Shown: one piece after another, positions 1 through 11,266 of the stretch
How the letters are laid out: the number at the start of each line of letters is the position of its first letter
Numbering within the stretch: position 1 is the stretch's first letter
From: an uncultured delta proteobacterium
GTDB lineage: Bacteria; Desulfobacterota; Desulfomonilia; UBA1062
Direction: 5' to 3'
Length of the DNA stretch: 64,000 nucleotides
Assembly: GCA_963752595.1 (NCBI GenBank)
Contig: CAVVYZ010000001.1
Span: forward strand, 7,747-71,746
The notes under the pieces: model-generated
Seen by the model: only the letters and a program-made list of their open reading frames with translations
Database searches by the model: none
Told to the model about the DNA's origin: nothing
Made by a program: the position numbers and the translations under genes

Positions 1-1
1 G

Positions 2-907
2 ATAGCTCACCGTCCCGAGATAAACCGTGAAACTCTTGATGCGCTTGCAACTGCCATGAATTCAGATGCCATCCCGGAAGGGAGCGGTGTAATTGAAGTA
101 TCAGAAATAGCCAAAGGACACGAGCCCTGGGTGCTCCAATCATTTGATCAGTTGTCTGTCGTCAGGCGTTTGGAAATGGATTTTTCTGCCCTAGAAGATG
201 CCGGATGTAAAGTCGGAATAGGTGTTGCAACCGGTGCCGATAAAATTTTTATAGGTCCCTTTAAACAGTTGGATGTAGAACCGGATCGGAAGTTGCCGCT
301 TGTAACGACGAAAGATATTGAACGTGGAATTGTGGAATGGAAAGGGCTTGGCGTGATCAATCCGTTTTCAGATGACGGTTTTCTCGTTGATCTTACCCAC
401 TACCCGAAACTTGCAAGATATTTTGAAGAGCACGCCGAGATAATTCGCAAGCGGAATTGTGCCAAAGGAAACCCTAAATCCTGGTACCGGACTATAGATC
501 GGATTTATCCGGATCTCGCCCGGCGCACCAAGCTTCTTATCCCTGACATAAAAGGAGAAGACCACATCGTATACGAAGACGGCCATCTTTATCCGCACCA
601 CAATCTGTATTACATCGTATCGGATGAATGGGACTTAAAGGCTCTTCAAGCTGTTCTCCGGTCAGGAATTGCAAAGCTCTTCGTATCCATATACTCGACT
701 CAGATGCGGGGAGGATATCTCCGTTTTCAGGCTCAATACCTGCGAAGAATCCGCCTCCCCAGATGGAAAGATGTTCCCGTGCCTCTCCGTAAGGCTCTAG
801 AGGATGCTGCCAGGAGTGGAGACATAGATGCCTGCAACACGGCTGCGTTTGATCTGTATCGACTCACTACCAAGGAAAGAACTGCAATACAAAATAACGG
901 CAGATAG
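2..907 (+). CDS. Type II R-M DNA methyltransferase, C-terminal part (5' end lies outside the window)
   Basis: Frame 2 is open from nt 2, upstream of the ORF-track ATG at 56. It carries TaqI_C/Eco57I-like target-recognition signatures ([37 protein letters not shown]). The stop lies 8 nt before the XhoI-family nuclease gene. Confidence 0.65.
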   Translation: MAHRPEINRETLDALATAMNSDAIPEGSGVIEVSEIAKGHEPWVLQSFDQLSVVRRLEMDFSALEDAGCKVGIGVATGADKIFIGPFKQLDVEPDRKLPLVTTKDIERGIVEWKGLGVINPFSDDGFLVDLTHYPKLARYFEEHAEIIRKRNCAKGNPKSWYRTIDRIYPDLARRTKLLIPDIKGEDHIVYEDGHLYPHHNLYYIVSDEWDLKALQAVLRSGIAKLFVSIYSTQMRGGYLRFQAQYLRRIRLPRWKDVPVPLRKALEDAARSGDIDACNTAAFDLYRLTTKERTAIQNNGR

Positions 908-915
908 GACAACCG

Positions 916-1659
916 ATGAGCGTAAACTTAGCTGATTACCAGGCCAAGGCAAGGGAAGCTGCCAAGGCATTTTGGGGGAATCGCGAAGCAGCCAGGCAGA
1001 AGCAGATTGAAAGCGGCAAAGCTGACCAGGGAGAACGAGCAGGAGTCCCGGCCGGAAAAAATATGGATGGGTTCCCGGCGTTGATAAAAGATGTCATACT
1101 CTTAAATGGACTTGATCACGCAGAAATCTGTTTAAAACGCCGGGTGCTCACCCTCCCCGGATTCTTCAGGCCCACAAAACTCTGGGATATGCTCGTGATG
1201 AATGAAAAGAGGCTTATTGCGGCCATTGAGTTAAAGAGCCAGGTCGGGCCGTCATTTGGAAACAATCTCAACAACAGGACAGAGGAGGCTATCGGCACCG
1301 GCCTTGACTTCTGGAAAGCATACCGGGAAGGGGCTTTTGGTGATAATCCACGACCATTTGTCGGTTGGTTGATCCTTGTTGAAGATTGTGCAAAATCTCG
1401 TTCTCCAGTGCGTGATTTCTCTACACACTTTCCGGTGTTCAAAGAGTTTATCGGAGCCTCCTATGCCGAGAGATATAACATCCTGTGCAAAAAACTTGTT
1501 CAGGAGCAGTTGTATACGAGTGCATCAATTATCTTATCACCCCGTTCTGTAGTCAGCTCAGGGGATTATTCAGAGCTTTCAGAGATGACAAGCCTAAAGA
1601 CGTTTATCAGCACATTAGCTGGTCATGCAGCTGCTGAGGCATCACGGGTGTATGGTTGA
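916..1659 (+). CDS. XhoI/PaeR7I-family type II restriction endonuclease (247 aa)
   Basis: Size and the M-then-R operon order match what I recall of the PaeR7I system (endonuclease about 246 aa). The central [23 protein letters not shown] block looks like the XhoI family. Recognised by eye only. Confidence 0.6.
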   Translation: MSVNLADYQAKAREAAKAFWGNREAARQKQIESGKADQGERAGVPAGKNMDGFPALIKDVILLNGLDHAEICLKRRVLTLPGFFRPTKLWDMLVMNEKRLIAAIELKSQVGPSFGNNLNNRTEEAIGTGLDFWKAYREGAFGDNPRPFVGWLILVEDCAKSRSPVRDFSTHFPVFKEFIGASYAERYNILCKKLVQEQLYTSASIILSPRSVVSSGDYSELSEMTSLKTFISTLAGHAAAEASRVYG

Positions 1660-1756
1660 TTCTATCTGCGAAAAGGGGCCTTCTTTCTATAAGCAGTAGG
1701 GAAATGTTCACTCTCCCCTCTTAAAAAAGAAACGTCCCCTATTCCGTCATTAAGTA

Positions 1757-1778
1757 AGGGGATAAAAATAAATCCCCT
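1757..1778. terminator. Hairpin between convergent genes (AGGGGAT-N8-ATCCCCT)
   Basis: A perfect 7-bp stem with an A-rich loop sits between the nuclease stop (1659) and the minus-strand membrane gene stop (1790). There is no long U-tract. Confidence 0.4.
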
Positions 1779-1789
1779 GATACTATTCT

Positions 1790-2416
1790 CTAAATCCAGC
1801 CGAGCGCGCCGAAGACTACAAAACCTGCCAGATTGATCGCGCCGAGGATTCCGATGAACGCGAAGCTCTTTTTCAGCGGCGCATCATAGCACCAGACCGC
1901 AGCAGCGAAGAACGGGATGTAAACGGTCACGAAAACCGGGAACGCCCCCCAGAAGGGATAGACCCAGACAAAGGTCGGCGTCCTCACGAGGAAGATTTCG
2001 ATGATGGCAGCAGCCGCGGCTGTCGAGACGGCGACAAAGATCCTGCTGTTGATCCCCAGCATCTTGGCCGAAGGGTCTTTGGGAAGGAGTTTCGTGGTAA
2101 CGATGCCCGCAATGGAGAACATGATGCTGATCTCGATGCCCACGCCCACCATGATGGAGAATGCGGTTCCAGTGGGCACGGTCCAGAGTGCATGTCCGCT
2201 AACATGCTGGATGACGGCGTTGCCTATCTCCACGAACCAGTGGACCATGTACAGGCCGAGTCCTGCAGCTATGGCCTTATAGTTCCCCCGCTCATACTCA
2301 TTCCCGTAGATATACATGACAATGACCAAAAGCGGGATCGCAAACCACTGAAACTGATCGCCCGACCTTACAATACCGAGCGCCTGACTCGTTGCTTCCG
2401 GATGATTCAAGACCAT
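1790..2416 (-). CDS. Integral membrane protein, unknown function (208 aa, about 6 hydrophobic segments)
   Basis: Uninterrupted ORF with hydrophobic helical segments throughout. I recognise no family. Confidence 0.55.
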   Translation of the reverse strand: MVLNHPEATSQALGIVRSGDQFQWFAIPLLVIVMYIYGNEYERGNYKAIAAGLGLYMVHWFVEIGNAVIQHVSGHALWTVPTGTAFSIMVGVGIEISIMFSIAGIVTTKLLPKDPSAKMLGINSRIFVAVSTAAAAAIIEIFLVRTPTFVWVYPFWGAFPVFVTVYIPFFAAAVWCYDAPLKKSFAFIGILGAINLAGFVVFGALGWI

Positions 2417-2651
2417 GCTTACCTCCTCTTTCTCAGGGACAGGATAATGACTGAAAACAATGAATATTTATATAATAGCTATTAACCAATCAAAAGAAAA
2501 GCAATTAATAACAGTACAATAAACAATATTAATAAAAAGTCATAGCATCCCGGGCAGCATCTTTCGGGCTGAGTCGATTGAAAAGAAAAATCTTCTTTGA
2601 TTCCGTATTGCCGGTTTCTTACATAAGAATTTGTGAAGCAGAGTTCTTTTC

Positions 2652-2680
2652 TTGACAATGGTTTGACATCAAACTAAATA
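2652..2680 (+). promoter_or_regulatory. Sigma70-type promoter of the MarR gene with an embedded operator-like palindrome
   Basis: TTGACA (2652-2657), a 17-nt spacer, then TAAATA (2675-2680). The ATG at 2688 is only 7 nt downstream. The spacer contains the perfect palindrome GTTTGA-CA-TCAAAC (2661-2674). Confidence 0.55.
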
Positions 2681-2687
2681 TGAGTTC

Positions 2688-3110
2688 ATGAAGAAAGAGC
2701 TGATTATCCTCCAGATAGGCAGGATACGGGACAAGGCGAACAGCTTTCTGGCCGGAGAGCTTGCCCGGCGCAATCTGAAGGGGATAGCGCCATCCCATGG
2801 AGACATCCTCTGGGCATTGTTCACCCATGGCGATCTTCCCATGAAGAAACTTGCAGAGATCATCAATAGGGATAAATCCACGATCACGGCCCTGGTGAAC
2901 AAGCTCATCGAGTTCGGGTATGTCGGACGAAAAACCCATGAATCCGATCTCCGCAGCAATATTATCTCTCTGACGGAAAAGGGAAAGGCCGTGCAGAAGG
3001 ATTTCCGGCAGGTGTCGGATTCCTTAAGGAAGAAGGCATACCAGGGATTGACTGATGAGGAGATGGAGACCCTCATGCGGCTGCTTACCAGGGTCCACGA
3101 CAACCTGTAA
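2688..3110 (+). CDS. MarR-family transcriptional regulator
   Basis: 140 aa with a winged-helix core (LAEIINRDKSTITALVNKLIEFGYVGR ... DLRSNIISLTEKG) typical of MarR. Confidence 0.85.
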   Translation: MKKELIILQIGRIRDKANSFLAGELARRNLKGIAPSHGDILWALFTHGDLPMKKLAEIINRDKSTITALVNKLIEFGYVGRKTHESDLRSNIISLTEKGKAVQKDFRQVSDSLRKKAYQGLTDEEMETLMRLLTRVHDNL

Positions 3111-3230
3111 AAATATTATATTATTGGTTTGGCATCACCGGAGTGAAGTGCGGAGGCTGGGGGCACATCGTGATGGAAATCAGGGTTGAAGATCGCATAA
3201 AGGCAAATCGGGCAAAGTGAGGTTAATTGT

Positions 3231-3638
3231 ATGATGATGACAAAGGAACAAGCCAGGGAATTCGCATCGCAGTGGCTGCCTGCATGGACCGGGAACAATC
3301 CGGAAAAGCTGGCTGCCTTTTATTCCGATGACGCTCTGTACCTCGACCCGGTCATACCCCGGGGCCTCAAGGGGAAGGATGCATTGATGAAGTACTTCCG
3401 CAAGCTCCTTGCCGCCAACCCTGAATGGGTATGGACACAGATCGAGCCCATCCCGATGGAGGACGGCTTCCTGAACAAGTGGCTTGCGAAAATCCCTGTC
3501 GGGCCCAAGGTGATCGAATGCATCGGCGTTTGTTTTGTGCAGTTTAACGATCAGGGAAAAATCAGACGCAATGAAGTCTATTTTGACAGGCACGAATTAG
3601 TTTCCGAAATCCTGAAATATTCAGAGAAAATAGAATGA
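3231..3638 (+). CDS. NTF2/SnoaL-like small protein
   Basis: 135 aa. The N-terminal W..AW...N.E.LA.FYSDDA pattern is typical of SnoaL/NTF2-like folds. Confidence 0.55.
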   Translation: MMMTKEQAREFASQWLPAWTGNNPEKLAAFYSDDALYLDPVIPRGLKGKDALMKYFRKLLAANPEWVWTQIEPIPMEDGFLNKWLAKIPVGPKVIECIGVCFVQFNDQGKIRRNEVYFDRHELVSEILKYSEKIE

Positions 3639-3742
3639 GAGTTTCATGATCGCCTGGGACCTTGCAGGCACTGCAAAGAGCGTCCTTTAGTAAATCAAAA
3701 AACTCCGGGGGCCGGATCTCGACAAGGGATAACGGCAAGCTG

Positions 3743-5517
3743 TCAGCCGGGCACGATCGACTCCGGCATGTCGATGAGTCTGGCGCGCAGGTATTCGCCC
3801 AGGGTTTTGGCCTGTGGGTCGAGGCGGAGCGATGCGGCGGCGCCTTCGCCAAGGATGCCCCTGATGTAAAAGTTCACGGCCAGCAGATTGGGCAGCTCAC
3901 AGCGCTCGATGCCGTAGTCATGGAGGTCTTTGAGAAGATCCTTAAGCCTTTCCGTGGTCAGGAACTCCTTCAGGAAGGAATAAGCCTCCGGCGTCTTTGC
4001 CCACACCCCGAGATTGGCGTTTCCCCCCTTGTCTCCTGACCTGGTTGCAAACACCCGTCCGAAGGGCATCCGGACGGTTCTGCCACCCGGAACAACGGGG
4101 ATATCCGTCTCCGGGGTCTCGATGGCAGGAAAGCCGGCCACAGGCTGTACGCAGTTCACCGTGAATTCCCGGTCTTCGACCGTCACCTTCTGGCTGATGC
4201 ATGAGCTTGAAACCAGAGCCGGCCAGTACACGATAGCAGGGGTGCCCTTTGCAGGCGGGGCGGTGCCTGCAAAGCCGGGAATGTTGGCCAGGGCGAGCTC
4301 CACCATCTTCGACGATATCTTGTCCACCTTCTTCTGGTCCGGGTCGATCACCGTGATGCGCAGGTAGGCAAACGCCTCCTCGTTCGTGGCAGGGTCTTCC
4401 TTGTCGGATCGGATGAGCTGGATATCTGCCTTCTGGAACTGCTCCCTGCCACCCAGCGCATCGAAGAGGGTCTCTTCGAGAATGCGCGCCTTTTTCTCGA
4501 TATCGAGGCCGGTGAGGATCACGGTCATGGAGTTGCGGTAGCCGCCGAGCGTGTTGATGCAGACCTTGGCCGTAGCGGTGGGCGGTTCGCCCTTCACTCC
4601 CTGCACCAGCACCCGGTCGGGGCCCTGTCGAGAGATCCTGATGGTGTCGAAGCGGGCTACCAGGTCAGGAGTCAGATAGCGCTCGTCACCGATCTCATAG
4701 AGAAGCTGGGCTTTGACCGTGTCCACTGAAACGAGGCCGCCGGTGCCCGGATGCTTGGTGATGACGAAGGAACCGTCGTCATGGATCTCGGCAATAGGGA
4801 AGCCAACCTTCTTAAAGCTCGGGACCTCTTCGATAAAGGAATAGTTGCCCCCTGTAGCCTGGGCGCCGCACTCGATGATATGCCCGGCCGTGGTTGCGCC
4901 TGCAAGCCTGTCCCAGTCATCCTGCTTCCAGCCGTGCCACCAGGCCGCAGGTCCGACCACGAGCGAAGCGTCCGCGATGCGTCCGCCCACCACGATATCC
5001 GCGCCCTCTTCGAGAGCCTTCACGATGCCCCAGCACCCCAGGTAGGCATTTGCGGAGATCGTAATGGCCTTGGAGTCTTCGGAGCGCAATGCCCTTGTCC
5101 AGGTGAATGAACTCTTCCCCGGCAGCCTGGAGGTCACCCAGGCGGGCCATGAGATCGTCCCCCTCGATGTAGGCGATCTTAGGATGAAGGCCCAGCTCGG
5201 TTGCGATGCGCCCGAGCTCTGCAGCCAGGCCTTTCGGGTTCAGGCCGCCCGCATTCGATACCACGCGGATCTTTTTGTCGAGGCATTCGCCCATGATCCT
5301 GTTCCATCTGCCTCAGGAAGGTCGGGACATAGCCGCCGTTCGGGTCTTTCATCTTTGTCCTGAAGAGGATGGCCATGGTCAACTCGGCAAGGTAATCGCC
5401 GGTGAGAAAATCGATGGGGCCTCCCTGCACCATCTCCTTGGCGGCGCTCAGCCGGTCTCCGAAGAATCCGCTGCAGTTCGCGATAATGACCTTGTCTTTG
5501 CCGGTTCTTTCGTTCAT
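3743..5517 (-). pseudogene. AtuA-like acyclic terpene utilisation protein (DUF1446), interrupted by at least 2 frameshifts
   Basis: Three ORF pieces (5179-5532, 4917-5294, 3743-5137) join into one roughly 590-aa AtuA-like protein (IIANCSGFFGDRLSAAKEMV..., ANAYLGCWGIVKALEEGADIVVGGR...). GGAGG lies 6 nt before the ATG at 5517. The frameshifts could be sequencing errors. Confidence 0.75.
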
Positions 5518-5528
5518 GCCATCCTCCT

Positions 5529-6300
5529 TCACTTGCCTTTGAAAACCGGCGTCCGCTTTTCGATGAAGGCCGTGATGCCTTCCCGGGCATCTTCGGTCGA
5601 AGCCACCTCCACCAGCTTAGCCGAAAGGAAATCCAGGGCCTCAGTAAGCGTCATGCTTTCCGCCGCGTTGAATGCCTGTTTCCCGATCTTCATGCCGATG
5701 GGGCTCTTGGAGGCAAGACTTTTCAGAACAGCTTCAACCACGCCTTCGAGCTCCCCTGCAGGTACCACCCTGGTGACCAGGCCCATGGCAAGCGCATCCT
5801 GTGCGTCTAGCCGTCGCCCAGCAGGATCATCTCCATGGCCTTTTTCCTGCGGCACGTTGCGGAAGATGAGCGCGCCGATCATCATGGGCCACAGGCCCAC
5901 ATTGACCTCGGGCGTGCCGAACCGGGAGTCGTCGCTGGCGATGACGATGTCGCAGGCGAGCATGAAGCCCATGCCTCCTGCCAGGCAGTATCCTTTCACC
6001 CGGGCAACCGTGGGCTTCGGGAAACGTCGCGAGGCGTTTCAGGAGCTGTGCATAGCTCGCAAAGGTCTTCTTCCCTTCGGCAGATATGCCGTCGCCCAGC
6101 TGGGCGCCCGTGCAGAAGGCCTTGTCCCCTGCCCCGGTGATCAGGACCGCCCTGACGTCGCAGTCGTTCTCGGCCCTGTCCAGATACTCCAGGAAAAGCG
6201 CGATGGCCTCAGGGGTGATGGCATTTCTCTGCTGCTCACGGTTGATCGTGATCCAGGCCACATTATTTTCCACATGGTAGAGAAGGTGCTCATCCGCCAT
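5529..6300 (-). pseudogene. Enoyl-CoA hydratase/isomerase (crotonase, AtuE/LiuC-like), frameshifted
   Basis: The N-terminal piece (VAWITINREQQRNAI...VLITGAGDKAFCTGA) and C-terminal piece (GYCLAGGMGFMLACDIVIAS...GITAFIEKRTPVFKGK) are in different frames. A further shift is suggested around EKGHGDDPAGRRLDAQ. Confidence 0.75.
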
Positions 6301-6322
6301 TTTTTAAGCTCTCCTTTTACGC

Positions 6323-8361
6323 TCAGGCCGCTGATTTCTCATCCTGCTCGATGTCCACGAGGATCTGGCCCGGGCATGACCTTGTCGCCCTCGGCGACAT
6401 TGATCTTGATAACCTTACCCGTAAACGGCGCCTGGATAGTCGTCTCCATCTTCATGGCCGAGACCACGACGACACCCTGGCCTTTCTCCACCGGGTCGCC
6501 CTCGGTCACCAGGATGCGCACGACCACCGAGGGCATGGGCGGGGTGACCTCCTGGGGAAGCTCCTTGTGCCCACTCCTGCGGGTGCTTGCCCCGGCAAGG
6601 GCATCGGCATCCTGGACCGCGTAGGTGGTGCCGTCGATATTGATGAGCTTGCCTCGCGGATCATCTGCCAGAAAGACATTCGCACAGACGCCGTCCACCT
6701 CCAGGTGGATCCGGTTCTCCGAGACGATGCGGTAAAGGGCCTTGACGTTCCTTCCGCCGATCGTTGCGGTCACGATGCCTTCTTCCTGCAGATCGGCCTC
6801 GACGGGAATATCCTGTCCGGCGATCTTCAGGTATAGTTCATATCATATCTCCGTCATGAGCCGTGCTACGGCCGGAAGTGGCCCAGTGTCTGCCATGGCG
6901 AGCAGGCTTCGATTTCGGCTGACAGCTGCGGCTGCCTGCTGCTTCCGGTTCGCCATGGCATCGACCACGTATGCCAGCGCTAGAGGTCCGTATCCGTCAT
7001 CGTTGGGCTGCCAGGCAGCTGAAATGGGTGTCGATGAAGTCGGTGTATGTCTCCCCTTTTGAAGGCCTCCGATGAGAGGATGTCGACGAGGAACGGGATG
7101 GGGGTCAGCACGCCCAGGATCACGTAGTCTTCAGCGCCCTGATCATCCGGCTGATGCACTCCTGCCTGCTGCCCGCATGGACGATCAGCTTCGAGAGGAT
7201 GGGGTCGTACTCCACGGGCACGGTGATAGCCCGAATAGACGCCGCTGTCGTTCCTGATGCCCGGGCCCCTGGGCTCCTTGACAAAATGGATCTTGCCCGG
7301 TGACGGCATGAAGGCGTTCAAGGGATCTTCCGCATAGATGCGGCATTCGATGGCATGGCCGCGGCCCACGATATCGTCCTGGGAGAGCTTCAGGGGTTTC
7401 CCGCGGCGATCTCGATCTGCTGGCGCACCAGGTCGATGCCGGTGATCATCTCGGTGATGGGGTGCTCCACCTGGAGGCGGGTGTTGACCTCGAGAAAATA
7501 GAACTTGCCCGCTGCGTCGAGCAGGAACTCCACGGTTCCGGCATTCACATAGCCCGCAGCCCTGGCCGCGGCCACGGCCGCCTTCCCATGCGTCTTCCTG
7601 AGCGCGGGGTCAGCGCCGGAGAGGGCGTCTCCTCGATGATCTTCTGGTGCCGTGCTCTGGATGGAGCATTCCCGCTCCAGCAGGTGGATCACGTTTCCGT
7701 GCATGTCGGCCAGGATCTGGAACTCCACGTGCCGGGGCTTTTCGAGATATTTTTCCAGGTAGATGTCCCCGTTGCCGAAGGCGCTCTTGGCCTCGCTGGA
7801 TGCCGAGACGCAGGCCTCCCTGAAATCTTCCGGCGACCGCACGACCCGCATGCCCTTGCCGCCGCCGCCTGCCGCGGCCTTGATGAGGACCGGGTAGCCG
7901 ATCTTCTCCGCCTCGCGGGCCAGGATATCGGGTCCGCCTCGGGCTCGCATCATGCCCGGAATGACGGGCACGCCGCTTCCGATCATGGTCCGCCGTGCCA
8001 CGGTCTTGTCTCCCAGATCGCGGATGGCCCTGGCCGGGGGGCCGATGAAGATCATGCCTTCCTGCTCGCACCGCTCGGCAAAGAGGGGATTTTCCGCCAG
8101 GAACCCGTAGCCGGGGTGGATGGCCTGGGCCCCGGTCTGTTTGGCCGCCGCAATGATCTTGTCCATGTTGAGGTAGCTTTCCGCAGGCTCGGAAGCTCCC
8201 AGGCAGACGGCCTGGTCGGCTTCGAGGACATGCAGGGCGTCCCGGTCCGCCTCGGAATAGACTGCCACGGTCCTGATGCCCATTTCCCGGCAGGTGGCGA
8301 TGATGCGCACGGCAATTTCGCCCCGGTTGGCGATGAGTATCTTGTCGAACATGGTCATCAT
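6323..8361 (-). pseudogene. Acyl-CoA carboxylase alpha subunit (biotin carboxylase + BCCP; AtuF/MccA-like), multiple frameshifts
   Basis: Biotin carboxylase N-terminus [21 protein letters not shown]-grasp loop [14 protein letters not shown]-domain AIECRIYAEDP and biotinylation motif AMKMET are all present. The pieces lie in at least 4 frames. The C-terminus reads PGQILVDIEQDEKSAA* if one base is removed from the G/C run at 6367-6375. Confidence 0.8.
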
Positions 8362-8384
8362 CTTCCTTTGCACACTATTCCTTT

Positions 8385-10035
8385 TGTCATACACTACATC
8401 CTGAATATCCCGAAGCCCGGCACATCGTCCCGGATGGGCGCATTCAGCGCGGCCGAGATGGCAAGCCCCAGGACGTTCCGGGTATCCGCCGGGTCGAGGA
8501 TGCCGTCGTCCCAGAGGTTCGACGTGCTGTAGTAGGCATCGCCTTCCTTTTTGGCCGCCTCGACGATGGGCATGCGGATGAGCGTCCTCCTCCTCCGTGG
8601 TCATGGGCGGCAGGCCCGCCTTGGCGTTCTGGTCGTTCTTCAGGGTGATCAGCACGCCGGCGGCCTGCTCGCCGCCCATGACCCCGATCTGGGCGTTGGG
8701 CCACATCCAGAGGAAGCGCGGGGAATAGGCCCGGCCGCACATCCCGTAGTTGCCCGCCCCGAAGGATGCGCCCACGATGACCGTGAACTTCGGGACCGTG
8801 CAGGTGGAGACGGCATTGACCATCTTGTGCCCGTCCTTGGTGATACCCGAGCCGCTCGTACTCCCTGCCGATGATGTAGCCGTTGATGTTCTGCAGGAAG
8901 ACCAGCGGGATCTTCCGCCGGTCGCAGATCTGGATGAACTGGGTGGCCTTGAGCGCGCTGTCGGAGAAGAGGATGCCGTTGTTCCCCAGGATGCCCACGG
9001 GATAGCCGTGGATATAGGCGAACCCGCAGACCAGCGTCGGCCCGTAGAGCTCCTTGAACTCCAGGAACTCGCTGCCGTCCACGATGCGCGCGATGATCTC
9101 CCGGCAGTCATAGGGCACCTTCAGGTCCCGGCTCACGATCCCGTAGATCTCCTTGGGGTCGTAGAGGGGCGGCTTGGGCTCCCGCATGGTGAGCCGTGCC
9201 TTCTCGTTCTTCGGCAAGGCCTCCGACGATCTTGCGGACGATCGAGATGGCATGGGCATCGTCCTCGGCGAAATAGTCCGAGACGCCGGACTCGATGCAG
9301 TGCACCTCGGCCCCGCCGAGCTGATCGGCGGTCACCTCTTCGCCGGTGGCCGCCTTGACCAGGGGCGGCCCGCCCAGGAAGATGGCGCCCGTTCCCTTGA
9401 CATGGACGACCTCGTCGGACATGGCGGGGACATACGCGCCGCCTGCCGTGCAGAGCCCCATGACCGCCGTGATCTGGGGGATGCCCATCTTGGAGATGAC
9501 GGCCTGGTTGTAGAAGATCCTGCCGCCGTCGTCGATATCCGGGAAGATCTCCGATTGCATGGGCAGGTATGCCCCGGCCGAATCGAGCAGGTTGACCATG
9601 GGCAGGCGGTTTTCCATGCAGATGGTCTGGCAGCGCAGGTTCTTCTTCACGCCCATGGGGTAGACCGCCCCGCCCTTGATCATGGCGTCGCTGGCGATGA
9701 CCAGCACCTCGTGCCCCTCCACGATGCCGATGCCGGCACACCAGCCCGGCCCCATGGACCTTGCCGTCATACATGCCCCTGGCGGCCAGGGGCGCGATCT
9801 CCAGAAACGGGGTATTCCTGTCCAGGAGCAGATCGAGCTTCTTGCGCACCGGCATCTTGCCCTGGGCGGCCAGGCGGTCGATGTCCTTCTGGGGGCGTTC
9901 CTCCCTGGCCTTTTTCAGTTCCTGCTTGAGGTCCGCCACCAGGGCTTCCATGGCCTCATAATTTTTCCTGTACTCTTCGGAGTCTGTGTCGATCCTGGTT
10001 TCGATGACATCCATCGTACGTTCACCTTTGATCAA
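8385..10035 (-). pseudogene. Acyl-CoA carboxylase carboxyltransferase beta subunit (AtuC/MccB-like), multiple frameshifts
   Basis: Consecutive homologous blocks are scattered over three frames ([16 protein letters not shown]; [15 protein letters not shown]; [24 protein letters not shown]; [28 protein letters not shown]; C-terminus [16 protein letters not shown]). Confidence 0.8.
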
Positions 10036-10070
10036 AGATTCCCGTCAGCCTGCTGCCGGGTACCTCATTT

Positions 10071-11240
10071 TTACGCCTGAAGAAACCTGTCCAGCTCGTT
10101 TTTGGCGATCAAGTGCCCGCTGCATCTCCGATGTGCCCTCGCAGATCTCCCCGAACTTGGCATCGCGGTAGAGCCTCTCCATGTCGCTCCCCGCAAGGTA
10201 CCCATGGCCGGCAAAGATCTGCATGCCCCAGTCGGCGATCTTTGTTACCGCCTCACTGGCAAAGAGCTTCGCGCACGCAGCCAGGACTCCGGCCTCCTGC
10301 TCTCCGGTGTTGATCGCCCAGGCAGCCCGCAGGGCCAGCATCCGCCCCAGATCGTTGATAGGTGAACATGTCCGCCAGCTTGAAGCCCACGTCCTGATAC
10401 AGGCCGATGCGGCCTGCCGAAGGCGGTCCTGGCTCTTGGCATGGCTCGTGGAGATCTCCATGCAGGCGTTCCCGATCCCGACGCACAGAGCGCGCGATGC
10501 CGACCGTGCCCATGGTCAGGATGCGGTCTACCTGTTCGTATCCTTTCCCGGCGACGCCCCCCAGGATGCCCGAGGCCGGCAGTTATACAGGGATACGGCC
10601 GCGATGGGAACGCCCCGCAGACCCATGGTCTCGACGGGGTCGGCTATCTTCAGACCTTCGGCGCCTTTTTCCACGATGAAGATGCTCATGCCTCTTTCGG
10701 CGCCGGCGTCTTTGTCACGTGTAGGCAAGGACCAGGATCACATCCGCTATGGGCGCGTTGACCACGATATCCTTTGTCGCCGCTGAGCAGCCACGCGTCG
10801 CCGTCTTTGCGGGCGGCCGTCGTGATCGCCGCCAGGTCCGAGCCGGCCTGGTCTTCCGAGTAGGCAAGGGCGCCCACCATGCTCCGCCTTCAGGAGGGCG
10901 GGGATATATTGCTGCTTTCTGCTCCGGCGTGCCGAACAGCCTCAATGCCCCGGCGCACAGGAAGGTGCTCGCCCGGGCGCTCAGATAGGTGGCCGGGCAG
11001 GCCTTTGCGATCACTTCGCCCGCCAGGTAGATCGTCGACCAGATCCATGGCATCGCCTGCCTGGCCCGCCTCCAGCCAGCCGCCCTGGGCCAGCATCTGC
11101 AGGTTTCCCTCATGTACGCGCCCGCCTCTTCGCGCGTGCAGCCGATCGAGCATCTTCGCCCTGGGCGCGATCTCGGCCTGGCAGAAAGCGGCCAGATCCT
11201 GCTGCAGCTTCACCTCTTCCGGAGAAAGCTGATAATCCAT
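10071..11240 (-). pseudogene. Acyl-CoA dehydrogenase (AtuD/LiuA-like), at least 4 frameshifts
   Basis: N-terminus MDYQLSPEEVKLQQDLAAFCQAEIAPRA, middle GMSIFIVEKGAEGL and C-terminus FAGHGYLAGSDMERLYRDAKFGEICEGTSEMQR are present. The natural end IAKNELDRFLQA* appears after a 1-nt shift. Confidence 0.75.
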
Positions 11241-11266
11241 CTGCTTTCACCTCCTTTCACAGCCAA

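Noticed and set aside
5206-6624. A 472-aa ORF on the plus strand
   Set aside because: It runs antisense to the enoyl-CoA hydratase and BCCP coding regions, which have clear homology. Its composition (Ala/Arg/Pro/Ser-rich) is what a shadow ORF in high-GC DNA looks like.
7390-9111. A 573-aa ORF that looks like one large gene
   Set aside because: It is a chimera. An out-of-frame read-through of the carboxyltransferase 3' part is joined to the genuine biotin carboxylase N-terminus ([11 protein letters not shown] starts at about 8352-8361). I split it into the alpha and beta subunit genes.
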